From: an uncultured Anaerolineales bacterium
GTDB lineage: Bacteria > Chloroflexota > Anaerolineae > Anaerolineales > UBA4823
DNA: 50,204 nt
NCBI GenBank assembly: GCA_903872065.1
Contig: CAIQJJ010000492.1
Location: 1-50,204, forward strand
Direction of reading: 5' to 3'
In this document: positions 9,609-18,371 of the stretch, one piece after another
Position numbering within the stretch: position 1 is the stretch's first letter
How the letters are laid out: each line of letters opens with the position of its first letter
The notes under the pieces: generated by a model
Seen by the model: the letters and a program-made list of their open reading frames with translations, nothing else
Told to the model about the DNA's origin: nothing
Database searches by the model: none
Position numbers and translations under genes: made by a program

Positions 9609-10211
9609 ATGGACGAAAATGCTCTGATCAACGATGCGCAGCATGGCGATTTGGAGGCCTTTAACCGCCTGGTCCTGGCCTACCAGGATTTGGTCTATAC
9701 CCAGGCCTATCGCATTATGGGCGAACAAGCCACGGCCGAAGACGCGACGCAAGAAGCCTTCATCAACGCCTATCGCAACTTGAGCCATTATCGCGGCGGA
9801 TCGTTTCGCGCCTGGCTGATGCGCATCGTGACCAATGCGTGCTATGACGAGCTGCGCCGGCAGCGCCGCCGTCCAAGTGTGCCATTGGAGCCGGTGGATG
9901 ACTATGGAGAGGAGATCGAATCGCCGCGCTGGGACATAGATCCCAGCGACCTGCCCGAAGACGAAGCCGTGCGCAAAGAACTGCGCAGCGCCATCCAGAC
10001 CTGCCTCAACCGCTTACCGCCCGAATTCAGAACGGTGGTCGTATTGGTAGATGTGCAAGGCATGGATTACACCGAAGCCGCGCAGGCGGCCGGAGCGCCG
10101 CTTGGCACGGTGAAAAGCCGCCTGGCGCGCGCGCGCCTGCGATTGCAAGAATGTCTGCGTGGATTTTGGGAACTTCTGCCGCCTTCTTATCGTCTACAAG
10201 GGGAGAATTAA
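9609..10211 (+). CDS. ECF RNA polymerase sigma-70 factor (SigW/SigE-like)
   Basis: Region 2 AEDATQEAF..FRAWLMRIVTN; region 4 GMDYTEAA..GTVKSRLARAR. Confidence 0.93.
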   Translation: MDENALINDAQHGDLEAFNRLVLAYQDLVYTQAYRIMGEQATAEDATQEAFINAYRNLSHYRGGSFRAWLMRIVTNACYDELRRQRRRPSVPLEPVDDYGEEIESPRWDIDPSDLPEDEAVRKELRSAIQTCLNRLPPEFRTVVVLVDVQGMDYTEAAQAAGAPLGTVKSRLARARLRLQECLRGFWELLPPSYRLQGEN

Positions 10212-10240
10212 CCATTATTTTTATGGGCGCAAGGACCGGC

Positions 10241-11278
10241 ATGAAACCACTCTCTCCCCACGATTGGGAAACCCTCTCAGCGTATCTGGACGGGGAACTT
10301 TCTTCACAAGAGAAAGCCCGTTTGGAGGCGCGTTTGTGGAAAGACGCTTCTTTGCGCAATGCCCTGGACGAACTCGGACGCACCCGCCTGGCATTGCGCA
10401 ATTTGCCGCGCTTGCGCGCCCCGCGCAACTTTACACTTTCGAGAAAAATGGTCGCGGTCAAGCCAGCCCCGCGCCTGTATCCTTTCTTTGGCTTTGCCTC
10501 TGCCCTGGCGACTGTTTTCCTGTTGGTGGTTTTGTTGATGGATTTCCTGGGCTTTGGCGAACCGGCGCGGCCGCCTGTGGCGCTCATGCAGCTTACGCAA
10601 ACCGCCATCCAGGTCGCAGCGGAAAGAAATATCACGCCGGCGGAAGAGAGCCTGCCCGCCCCCACCGAGGCGATAGCCGCCAGCCAACTAGCGGCGCCGC
10701 CGCCCGAGGCAACGCCGGCCAGCCCAGAGATGCCAATGGCTAAACGCGCGGCCAGCGAAGAGACCGCCCTTCCAACAGAGACGCCTGTTGTTGCAGAAGA
10801 AGGGCTGGCGTTAAAGATGGTTGCTCCTGAAACTGAGACGCCGGCCGACAGCGGCGAGGCGACGCCGACCGATCCTGCGCTGCGGGAGGGGATTAGCTCG
10901 GTGGAGGTTGCAACCGACACCATCCAGGTTGAAGAGGCGACCCCCGCGCCGACGGAAACTCCTGTTTTTACAGAAACTCAGTGGCCTACTGAAACAGTAA
11001 CCCTCACAGAGACGGCCAGTCCCACCCCCTCGCCCATCCCAACTGCAACCGATACGCCCACGCCCGAGATTATCGCCAGCGAGACCGCGACCGAAGCGCC
11101 CCTTCTGGCGACGGCCGTCGCGGCGCTTCCTCCCACACCGCTCCCCACCCAATCCGCGCTCACATCGGCAGAAGTGCGCCCGACCACACTCCAATGGGCA
11201 GAAGGTGGATTGGCGGCTTTTGCCCTTCTGAGCGGGCTGCTGGGGTTGGCGCTTTATCTCTGGCGGCGGCGCAGTTGA
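10241..11278 (+). CDS. Membrane anti-sigma factor with long Pro/Thr/Ala/Glu-rich region
   Basis: N-terminal LSAYLDGELS anti-sigma motif, one TM, a low-complexity linker, then a C-terminal TM and WRRRS tail; directly downstream of the ECF sigma. Confidence 0.8.
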   Translation: MKPLSPHDWETLSAYLDGELSSQEKARLEARLWKDASLRNALDELGRTRLALRNLPRLRAPRNFTLSRKMVAVKPAPRLYPFFGFASALATVFLLVVLLMDFLGFGEPARPPVALMQLTQTAIQVAAERNITPAEESLPAPTEAIAASQLAAPPPEATPASPEMPMAKRAASEETALPTETPVVAEEGLALKMVAPETETPADSGEATPTDPALREGISSVEVATDTIQVEEATPAPTETPVFTETQWPTETVTLTETASPTPSPIPTATDTPTPEIIASETATEAPLLATAVAALPPTPLPTQSALTSAEVRPTTLQWAEGGLAAFALLSGLLGLALYLWRRRS

Positions 11279-11293
11279 GGGCTGATCCCAGGC

Positions 11294-11998
11294 TCAATTT
11301 TCTGTCGCTTCCACCCACTGCTGTAAAATCGCCTTGTCCACCACATAAATCTGGCGGCGCTCGACGCGAATCGCCCCGCTGCGCTCTAGCTCGCGCAAAG
11401 AGCGCGCCATCACTTCGCGCACTGTGCCCAGGTGAGCCGCCAGTTGGTCTTGCGTCAGGCGCGAGGCCGCGCCTCGCTGCGATGTATCGGCCGGCAGTTG
11501 GCTGAGCAGGCGCGCCAGGCGGTGCGTGACCTGGTAAAATGAAAGCTCCTCAATCATATTCACAAACATGCGCAGGTTGTGGGTCAAATTCAAAACCACC
11601 GCCTGGTACATTTCTGGATGATTGCGAATCGCCTGCTGCACAACCGCCGCCTCGACCACCCAGAGATCGCTCTCTTCGAGAGTGGCTGCGTTTAAAGGGT
11701 TGAGGCCGCCGTCGAAGACGGATACTTCGTTGAAGGTCGCGCCGGCATCCAGCACCCGAAAAATGAACTCCCGACCCTGAGGCGATACCTTAAACAACTT
11801 GACCGCCCCGCGGGCGATGATGTGCAATCCCGAACAAGGCTCATCCTGCCAAAATAGCGCCTCGCCGCGCTCACAATGCCACAAGGCCGCGCCTTGCGCC
11901 AGTTCAGCCAATACAGCGCTGCTTAAGCCAGTAAAATAACGACAGCGCCGCAGGGCGTCTATTTTTTGACTAAGCGTGGTAGAAACAGTTTGTCTCAT
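11294..11998 (-). CDS. Crp/Fnr family transcriptional regulator
   Basis: cNMP-binding fold (GAVKLFKVSPQGRE) and HTH LTQDQLAAHLGTVRE. Confidence 0.9.
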   Translation of the reverse strand: MRQTVSTTLSQKIDALRRCRYFTGLSSAVLAELAQGAALWHCERGEALFWQDEPCSGLHIIARGAVKLFKVSPQGREFIFRVLDAGATFNEVSVFDGGLNPLNAATLEESDLWVVEAAVVQQAIRNHPEMYQAVVLNLTHNLRMFVNMIEELSFYQVTHRLARLLSQLPADTSQRGAASRLTQDQLAAHLGTVREVMARSLRELERSGAIRVERRQIYVVDKAILQQWVEATEN

Positions 11999-12003
11999 TT
12001 CAT

Positions 12004-12019
12004 TCGTATTATAATACGA
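12004..12019. promoter_or_regulatory. Perfect 16-bp palindrome with TATAAT on both strands (divergent promoter or operator)
   Basis: TCGTATTATAATACGA in the 52-bp gap between crp/fnr and moaA. Confidence 0.6.
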
Positions 12020-12050
12020 TAGTTAAACTCCGAATAACTGGACAATTCGC

Positions 12051-13043
12051 ATGGCTATAGACCGTTTTGGACGTCGTATTCACTATTTACGCATCAGCTT
12101 AACCGATCACTGCAATCTGCGCTGCATTTACTGCATGCCTGAAGAGATTACCTTTCATCCAACCGCGGAACTGATGCAAGATGATGAGATTTTAACCCTG
12201 GTGCGCCTTTTTACCGGCCTGGGGTTTGATAAATTTCGCCTGACCGGAGGCGAACCCACTGTGCGCGCCCGTGTGGTGGAACTGGTGCGCGCCATCTCCG
12301 CTACGCCTGGGGTAGAAAAGTTGAGCATGACCACCAACGGCGTCTTGTTGGGGCGCATGGCTCAACCGCTGAAAGAAGCCGGTTTGCAGCGCGTGAACAT
12401 CAGCCTGGATACATTAAACCCGCAGAAGTTTCAGCGCCTGACGCGCTGGGGAAAGCTGGAGGAGGTGTGGGCGGGGATTCAGGCCGCAGAGAAGGCCGGG
12501 CTGACCCCGATTAAGCTTAACGCGGTTGTCGTGCGCGGCTATAACGAAGCCGATGTCGCTGACCTGGCGCGTCTGACGGTGGAACATGCCTGGCAGGTGC
12601 GGTTCATCGAAATGATGCCGTTCGGCGATACCAGTGAATTTCAAACCAGCCAGACGATCCACATGGCCGAGATTCAAGCGCTGATCGAAGCGGAAACCGG
12701 TCCCTTGCAGCCAATCGCCGGCGATGGCCCAGGCCCGCGGCTGGATGGCGAGGCGCGTCTGTTCCGCCTGCCGCATGCCCAGGGCGATATCGGCTTCATT
12801 TCCTCGGTGAGCAATCCGTTTTGCGCCTTTTGCACCCGGGCGCGCTTGACCGCCGACGGACGCCTGCGCCTGTGCCTGCTGCGCGAGGGAGAGGTGGACC
12901 TGCTCACCCCGCTGCGCGCCGGGGCCTCCCTGGCCGAACTGCGCCAGCGGGTGATTGACGGCATCTGGCAAAAACCGTGGGGGCATGGCCTGGCTGAGGG
13001 GTTGATCCCTCTCAACCGGGTGATGAGTGAGATCGGCGGTTAA
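12051..13043 (+). CDS. moaA: GTP 3',8-cyclase MoaA
   Basis: YLRISLTDHCNLRCIYC, RLTGGEP, C-terminal FCAFC..RLTADG..CL, ending IGG. Confidence 0.95.
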   Translation: MAIDRFGRRIHYLRISLTDHCNLRCIYCMPEEITFHPTAELMQDDEILTLVRLFTGLGFDKFRLTGGEPTVRARVVELVRAISATPGVEKLSMTTNGVLLGRMAQPLKEAGLQRVNISLDTLNPQKFQRLTRWGKLEEVWAGIQAAEKAGLTPIKLNAVVVRGYNEADVADLARLTVEHAWQVRFIEMMPFGDTSEFQTSQTIHMAEIQALIEAETGPLQPIAGDGPGPRLDGEARLFRLPHAQGDIGFISSVSNPFCAFCTRARLTADGRLRLCLLREGEVDLLTPLRAGASLAELRQRVIDGIWQKPWGHGLAEGLIPLNRVMSEIGG

Positions 13044-13096
13044 ATTCATTTGTCCAGCCGCCGCGGAAGGATCGCTTCCAGGTATGATGGGCGCGC

Positions 13097-13885
13097 TTAA
13101 GCAAGGAGCCGCCATAGCCCCACGCTGACCAGCGCGCCAAAGAGCGAAGCCAACCCGTTAACCCAATCGTTATCCAGCCAGGATAGCCCACGCAAGGGGA
13201 CGGTGGTCGCTCCACAGGGATGAAGCGGGGAGCGTTCGGTCTCTTTTTGGCAGGCCGGACAAAAATAGATCGCTTGCAGGGTCGCCCCCAAGAATGAATC
13301 AAACAGCGAACCGAGCAAACCGCCCAGCCCAGCCGCCAGCCAGGAGTACGACGTCCCATCCAGGAGGCTGGCCAGCCCGCCGATAAACAATGCGCCGCCC
13401 ACAGCCGCGCCCAATCCCAGCCATGAGACCCCGCCCGATGTGCCGCGCTCGACCGGCCGGCCGGTGGTAATCAACCGCGGAGCAGCTTTGCTCAAGACGC
13501 CAATCTCGGTCGCCCAGGTATCGGCATTGACACTGGCCATTGCGCCGGCAAAAGCCAGCCACAGCCAGGGCTGCGGCCAAAGCGTATAGGCCAACACGAA
13601 GAGGATGCCCAGTCCGCCGTTGGCAAGCACCTGGCCGGCGTCCCGCCGGCTGCCCTTCGAGAATTTTTCATCAAGGGCTGTTTTGCGCCGGGCAAAGGCT
13701 TTGGAGAGAAGGCTGGAAGAGATAAAAAAAGCCAGGAGGAGCGCCGCCCAGCGCCAGCCTCCCAGGCCAAAGATCATCCCCCCCATCACAGCCGCCGCCG
13801 CCGCGCCATCCAGCGCAAGAGCGCCCAAACGCCAGGCCGCGAACGCAATGAAAACACCCGCTAAGAAACCAAAAAAGAGCTGCAT
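13097..13885 (-). CDS. DUF92 (TMEM19-like) membrane protein
   Basis: RDAGQVLANGG, ADTWATEIG, GTSGGVS, DSFLGATLQ and LDNDWVN motifs. Confidence 0.88.
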   Translation of the reverse strand: MQLFFGFLAGVFIAFAAWRLGALALDGAAAAAVMGGMIFGLGGWRWAALLLAFFISSSLLSKAFARRKTALDEKFSKGSRRDAGQVLANGGLGILFVLAYTLWPQPWLWLAFAGAMASVNADTWATEIGVLSKAAPRLITTGRPVERGTSGGVSWLGLGAAVGGALFIGGLASLLDGTSYSWLAAGLGGLLGSLFDSFLGATLQAIYFCPACQKETERSPLHPCGATTVPLRGLSWLDNDWVNGLASLFGALVSVGLWRLLA

Positions 13886-13895
13886 GACAAACACC

Positions 13896-13967
13896 TGTGG
13901 ATAAGTAGGGATATTCTGTGGATAAGTGGATAAGTGATGTGGAAAACTTGCTCTGAGCTGTGGAATA
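13896..13967. promoter_or_regulatory. Cluster of co-oriented DnaA boxes with 21-bp periodicity
   Basis: TGTGGATAA at 13896 and 13917, TGTGGAAAA at 13938, TGTGGAATA at 13959, plus AGTGGATAA at 13925; all are reverse complements or near-matches of TTATCCACA. Confidence 0.75.
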
Positions 13968-13973
13968 AATGGA

Positions 13974-14876
13974 TTAAGCGGTGGTCAGAAAATACACCGC
14001 CAGCAAAAAGAGAATGCTGGAAACCACACTGCCAATCCACAAAAGATAAGCCGCAACACGCGATTCGGGGCGGCGATAAAAGAACATACCGAGCAAGAGA
14101 TCGAAACCCGACATGATACTGTCAATCACGGGCAGCAGCATCAAGCGCACCCCAGGCACATATTCTATCGGCAATCCGTTGACATCGAAGCGAAAAGGGA
14201 TGGTTGGACGGATGGGGATGACCAGGCTCACCCATATCAACAGGCTCAGGCTCAGCGCCAGGGCGGCCAAAATCAACAAACGCGCCGGCAAATCGTTCCA
14301 AAAGTTGGCTAATAAAGCCGCCGGCTGCACCGAACGACGCGCCCGTTCGGACAAAGAGCCTTGTTCTGTCAGGGATTGATAGGCGCGCAAAAAGAGCCTG
14401 GGATCGCCGGGTGAGATGGCAAAGATTTTGTCAGAAGCAGCGATCAAGATTAAGCCGGCGGGGCGAGAGGCTAAAAACTCTACCGGCGGCTGATTTCCCC
14501 AATGGCGCGTTCCAACCACCGAACCTGGCCAGCGCGGCCAGGGCAGGGGAGGAGGCGATTCGAGTTCTTCCAGGCTGTGCACCCAACGCACTTGCTGGAT
14601 GGGAATCTCTTCTACCCGCAGCCCCCATTGCAAACGGATCATATCCCGTTCCAATATGTATGTCGCGCTCCACAAAGCATACAAGCCATAAGCAAAAACC
14701 GGGGCAAGGGCAAGCGCGGCAAATACCAATAATAAATCCAGCACAAATGCCAGGCCCGATTCTGTCGAGGAGGCGCGCGCCAGGTTGGCGATGGCGACAC
14801 TGAGCAAACCGCCCAATGTGATCGCCTGGAAAAGAAAGCCGGCGCGGCGCGGGGGACGAAAAAGAGAACTTTCCAC
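13974..14876 (-). CDS. Membrane protein with bacterial PH domain and DUF1648-like C-terminus
   Basis: Two TMs, a beta-rich segment (YILERDMIRLQWGL..FAISP) and IPFRFDVNG followed by TMs. Confidence 0.65.
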   Translation of the reverse strand: MESSLFRPPRRAGFLFQAITLGGLLSVAIANLARASSTESGLAFVLDLLLVFAALALAPVFAYGLYALWSATYILERDMIRLQWGLRVEEIPIQQVRWVHSLEELESPPPLPWPRWPGSVVGTRHWGNQPPVEFLASRPAGLILIAASDKIFAISPGDPRLFLRAYQSLTEQGSLSERARRSVQPAALLANFWNDLPARLLILAALALSLSLLIWVSLVIPIRPTIPFRFDVNGLPIEYVPGVRLMLLPVIDSIMSGFDLLLGMFFYRRPESRVAAYLLWIGSVVSSILFLLAVYFLTTA

Positions 14877-14922
14877 AACAGATATTTATACCATCCAATC
14901 GCCGCATGTTACAATACCAATT

Positions 14923-16209
14923 ATGTACCGAAAACGTCCTTCCCCCACACGCTGGCTGATTCCCGCCGTTTTGATCCTGTGCGTCCTCGCGGCTCTTCTA
15001 GCCTATCAGTATCCGCCGGTCAGGCGGCTCGTGACCTGGCGCATCGAAGTCTTAACCACCTATCTGCGCGGCATCGTATACCCGGCCGGCCCCATGCCGA
15101 CGCCGCTGGCCTCGCCGACCCCCACCTCGCCAGAAGAGACGCCGCCGCCCCCTTCCGCAACGCCAAGCGCGACAGCCTCTCCAACTGCGCCCGCGCCAAG
15201 CGCCACGCCGCCTGGCCCCACGGCGACGCCGATCCCATCTCCTACCCCCCTGCCAGCCGCAATCTCCCTCCCCGCGCCGGCATGGGAAAAGCAAGACATC
15301 AACAACTGCGGCCCGGCCGCCCTGGCCATGTATTTGCGCTATTACGGCTGGGAGGGCGATCAATTCAACATCTCAACGCTGATTAAGCCCATCCCAGAAG
15401 ACCGCAACGTTAATCCTGAAGAATTGCTTTTCTTTGTCCGCACCCGCGCTGGTTGGCTAAATGCTGAATATCGCGTTAACGGAACAATGCCCTTGCTGAA
15501 GCAGTTGTTGGCGGCTGAAATCCCCGTGATCATTGAAGAGAGCTTTTATTTCGATGATCCGTTTTGGCCCAACGATGACTTATGGGCGGCGCATTATCTG
15601 CTGCTCACCGGCTATGATGACGCCGCGCAAGTCTTTACCGGGCAAGATAGTTTTCACGGGGCGGATCAAAAGGTGAGTTACCAACAACTGGACGATTACT
15701 GGCGGATTTTTAACCGCGTGTACTTCCTGGTTTATCTACCGACGCAAGAAGAGCAGGTCAAAACCATCCTGGGAGAGGATTGGGATGTGCAAACCAACCG
15801 GCAGCGGGCGTTGGATACGGCGCAAAGCGAAACCCAAAAGAATGCTGACGATGCTTTTGCCTGGTTTAACCTGGGCAGCAACCTGGTGTACTTCGAAAAG
15901 TACAGCGAGGCGGCCAACGCTTATGATAAAGCGCGCCTGCTCAAACTGCCCCAACGCATGTTACGCTATCAGTTTGGGCCGTTTTTTGCTTATTTTCATG
16001 CCCATCGCTATGACGACCTGCTCGCCCTGGCAGAGTATGCCCTGGAACGCACGCCAAACTCAGAAGAGGCGTTATTATGGCGCGGATGGGCGCGCTACCG
16101 CAAAGGCAGCACGGCTGGCGCAATCGAAGACTGGCGGGCGGCGCTCAAGGCGCGGCCCGGCTTCGAGGATGCCCACTATGCGTTGGATTTTGTCGGCGCA
16201 GCGCCCTGA
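14923..16209 (+). CDS. Membrane-anchored C39-like cysteine peptidase with TPR repeats
   Basis: N-terminal TM, P/T linker, QDINNCGP (Gln/Cys), AHYLLLTGYD (His), QDS (Asp); TPRs AFAWFNLG and EALLWRG. Confidence 0.85.
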   Translation: MYRKRPSPTRWLIPAVLILCVLAALLAYQYPPVRRLVTWRIEVLTTYLRGIVYPAGPMPTPLASPTPTSPEETPPPPSATPSATASPTAPAPSATPPGPTATPIPSPTPLPAAISLPAPAWEKQDINNCGPAALAMYLRYYGWEGDQFNISTLIKPIPEDRNVNPEELLFFVRTRAGWLNAEYRVNGTMPLLKQLLAAEIPVIIEESFYFDDPFWPNDDLWAAHYLLLTGYDDAAQVFTGQDSFHGADQKVSYQQLDDYWRIFNRVYFLVYLPTQEEQVKTILGEDWDVQTNRQRALDTAQSETQKNADDAFAWFNLGSNLVYFEKYSEAANAYDKARLLKLPQRMLRYQFGPFFAYFHAHRYDDLLALAEYALERTPNSEEALLWRGWARYRKGSTAGAIEDWRAALKARPGFEDAHYALDFVGAAP

Positions 16210-16210
16210 T

Positions 16211-16239
16211 AAAAAAAGCGCCGGCATGCATGCCGGCGC
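16211..16239 (-). terminator. Rho-independent terminator for the kinase operon
   Basis: A7 followed by the palindrome GCGCCGGCATGCATGCCGGCGC, between convergent genes. Confidence 0.7.
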
Positions 16240-16247
16240 AGCGCCGT

Positions 16248-17837
16248 TTAGCGGCGTGTCAATAAATCGCCAAATTCATCCACGGTATAGGGCTTCAAAA
16301 CCGCATTGCGGACGCCGGCTTGCAAATAGGCTGTAACGCGGTCTACTTTGAGGGCCGCCGTAATGACCACCAATTGATGCACCCTATTCGCCGCTTTGAA
16401 GCTTTCAATCACGGCCGTAACCGGCATGGCTTCGAGCGCCTCATCCACCAGGATCAGGTCTGGAGTCCCTTCGGGCTGCAAACTACGCGCCGCAGACACC
16501 CCAAGCGATTTTAACGCATCAAGGGCAAAGGCTGCCCAGCGATCATCGTCGTCAATCAACAAAATGTTCATGTCTTCAGCGGTGACATCCGGCAAGTGAT
16601 GATCAGGGGCGGCTGGCAAGAGGATGTGAAAGGTTGCGCCAGAGCCAAGCTGACTGCTGACGCTGATGCGCCCATGCAGTTGATTGATAACATGCAAACA
16701 GGCGGTTAAGCCCAACCCGGTATGCCCTGGCTTTGTGCTGACAAAAGCCGCCCAAATATTGTTGAGCATTTCCGGGGGGATGCCCTTGCCGTTATCATGA
16801 ATATCCAGGGCGACAAAGCCTGCTTCTTTGGCCGGGCCAACCGTAATCGTCAAATGCGTCGCCTGGGCTTCGAGGGCGTTGATAAACAAATTACCAAGAA
16901 CGCGCACAAGTTGGGTGGTATCAGCCAACGCCAGCGGTGTGCGTCGCATTACATCCACTTTGAGCTGATCGGGCAAGATGCCAACTTGCGCCGCAGCAGC
17001 GCGTGCAACATCGTCGAGCATGGCCGGGCGAGGCTGCTGTTCGCGCACTGGCCCAAGCAGGTTTTCCTTCACCTCGACAATCAGGCGGGCGCTATCCTCA
17101 ATCAATTGCAAATCTTCCAACAAAGACTCACGATCGATATCGCCGCTGGTCAAATCCGCTTTCATACGCTCGACGGTGGAGGTAATTGGCAGCGCCTTAT
17201 TGCCAATCCAGTGAATGGCCTGGGTGGTAGCCGCGGTCAGGGCCTCATAAGTCTTGGCTTGCAAGAGCTGCTGGTTGGCGCGTTCGAGCGCCTTAATTGC
17301 CTGAGCATTATGAATCGCAACGGCCAGGTGATCCGCCATCGTCTGCAAGGTCAACACATCTTCTTCGCTAAAGGCGCGCTCCTCGATACTCTGCACCGTC
17401 ACCGCGCCCAGCACCTTTTCGCCAACTGCTAACGGTAGGGCAATTTCAGAACGAGTGTGGGGCAAAAGAGGATTGCGGAAATGGACGCGATCCTCACCGA
17501 CATCCAACGCAATGCGCGCCTGGCGATACATCATCGCCCAACCGATCATGGACTGTCCACCGACTTCCAACTTATGGCCCTGGGCAATCATCACTGCCCC
17601 TGCCGCCCCACGGCCGGCGCGCAGCACCGCCCATTTGCCGGTCTCGTCAATCAAAAAGACGCCGGCGTAGTAAAAACCGTACGCGTCGCAAATAATATCC
17701 ACCATCTTAGGCAGAAGTTCGTTAAGCTCAAGGATGGATGTAACCTGTCTCCCAACCTGGTTGGCGGCATGCAGCAAGCGCGCCCGGCGCTCGACATAAC
17801 GCAGTTCATTTTCATTGGGCATATCATAATTGCTCAT
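16248..17837 (-). CDS. Hybrid sensor kinase GAF-HisKA-HATPase-REC
   Basis: GAF (TRSEIALPL), H-box AIHWIGNK, N box NLFINA, DNGKGI, GLGL; receiver ILLIDDD..LILVD..KP. Confidence 0.88.
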   Translation of the reverse strand: MSNYDMPNENELRYVERRARLLHAANQVGRQVTSILELNELLPKMVDIICDAYGFYYAGVFLIDETGKWAVLRAGRGAAGAVMIAQGHKLEVGGQSMIGWAMMYRQARIALDVGEDRVHFRNPLLPHTRSEIALPLAVGEKVLGAVTVQSIEERAFSEEDVLTLQTMADHLAVAIHNAQAIKALERANQQLLQAKTYEALTAATTQAIHWIGNKALPITSTVERMKADLTSGDIDRESLLEDLQLIEDSARLIVEVKENLLGPVREQQPRPAMLDDVARAAAAQVGILPDQLKVDVMRRTPLALADTTQLVRVLGNLFINALEAQATHLTITVGPAKEAGFVALDIHDNGKGIPPEMLNNIWAAFVSTKPGHTGLGLTACLHVINQLHGRISVSSQLGSGATFHILLPAAPDHHLPDVTAEDMNILLIDDDDRWAAFALDALKSLGVSAARSLQPEGTPDLILVDEALEAMPVTAVIESFKAANRVHQLVVITAALKVDRVTAYLQAGVRNAVLKPYTVDEFGDLLTRR

Positions 17838-18241
17838 CGCGAAGCATCTCCTTGTAAAAGAGTTCTTACCTGATCTACCAGCGCCTGTTCACGGCCTTTG
17901 ACAAAAAAGGCCTGCGCCCCGCGCAAAACCGCCTCGCGGGCTTTATTTACCTCATCATAAGCAGTCAATACAACCACGGGCAAACCAGGATTGAGCGCCT
18001 TGAGACGACTGAGCAATTCCAGCCCGGCGCCATTCTCAGGCTGCCCGCTGAAACCAGGCATGTTGAGATCGAGCAGCGCCAGATCAAAGGGAGCAGCAGC
18101 CTGGGCAGCTTCAAACACTTGCAGGCCTTCTGTGCAACTATAGGCTACCTGCACCGTGTAGCCGGCGCGCGCCAGTGTTTTTTGCATACTACGCGCGACC
18201 AACTGCTCATCATCAACTATCAGAATCTTTTTACCTTGCAT
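17834..18241 (-). CDS. Single-domain response regulator
   Basis: ILIVDDE, LLDLNMPG, VLTAY, FFVK. Confidence 0.9.
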   Translation of the reverse strand: MQGKKILIVDDEQLVARSMQKTLARAGYTVQVAYSCTEGLQVFEAAQAAAPFDLALLDLNMPGFSGQPENGAGLELLSRLKALNPGLPVVVLTAYDEVNKAREAVLRGAQAFFVKGREQALVDQVRTLLQGDASR

Positions 18242-18371
18242 ACCGCCTCCTCCTTCGGAAACGTTTTACAGTGGATTTCTTGTCACTCTTTCGCGGCAAC
18301 CGGAATTTTATCATTGTCCGGTTCAAACGTTTGCTCAGTGATGTATTGCGGAAAGTTATTCGAATTTTTTC

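Noticed and set aside
11995-12003. Met-Lys-stop mini-ORF overlapping the crp/fnr start
   Set aside because: Its ATG is only 4 nt from the -10 hexamer, so it is probably upstream of the TSS.
11999-12050. Moco riboswitch upstream of moaA
   Set aside because: The gap is only 52 bp, too short for the element.
13896-13967. CRISPR array or oriC
   Set aside because: Repeats are only 9 bp with 12-bp gaps and there are no cas genes. No adjacent dnaA/dnaN or AT-rich unwinding element supports oriC, though it is not excluded.
15090-15280. Pro/Thr-coding quasi-repeats as DNA repeat elements (also near 10900-11150, 32030-32140 and 43600-43700)
   Set aside because: They are protein linker low complexity, not discrete DNA repeats.
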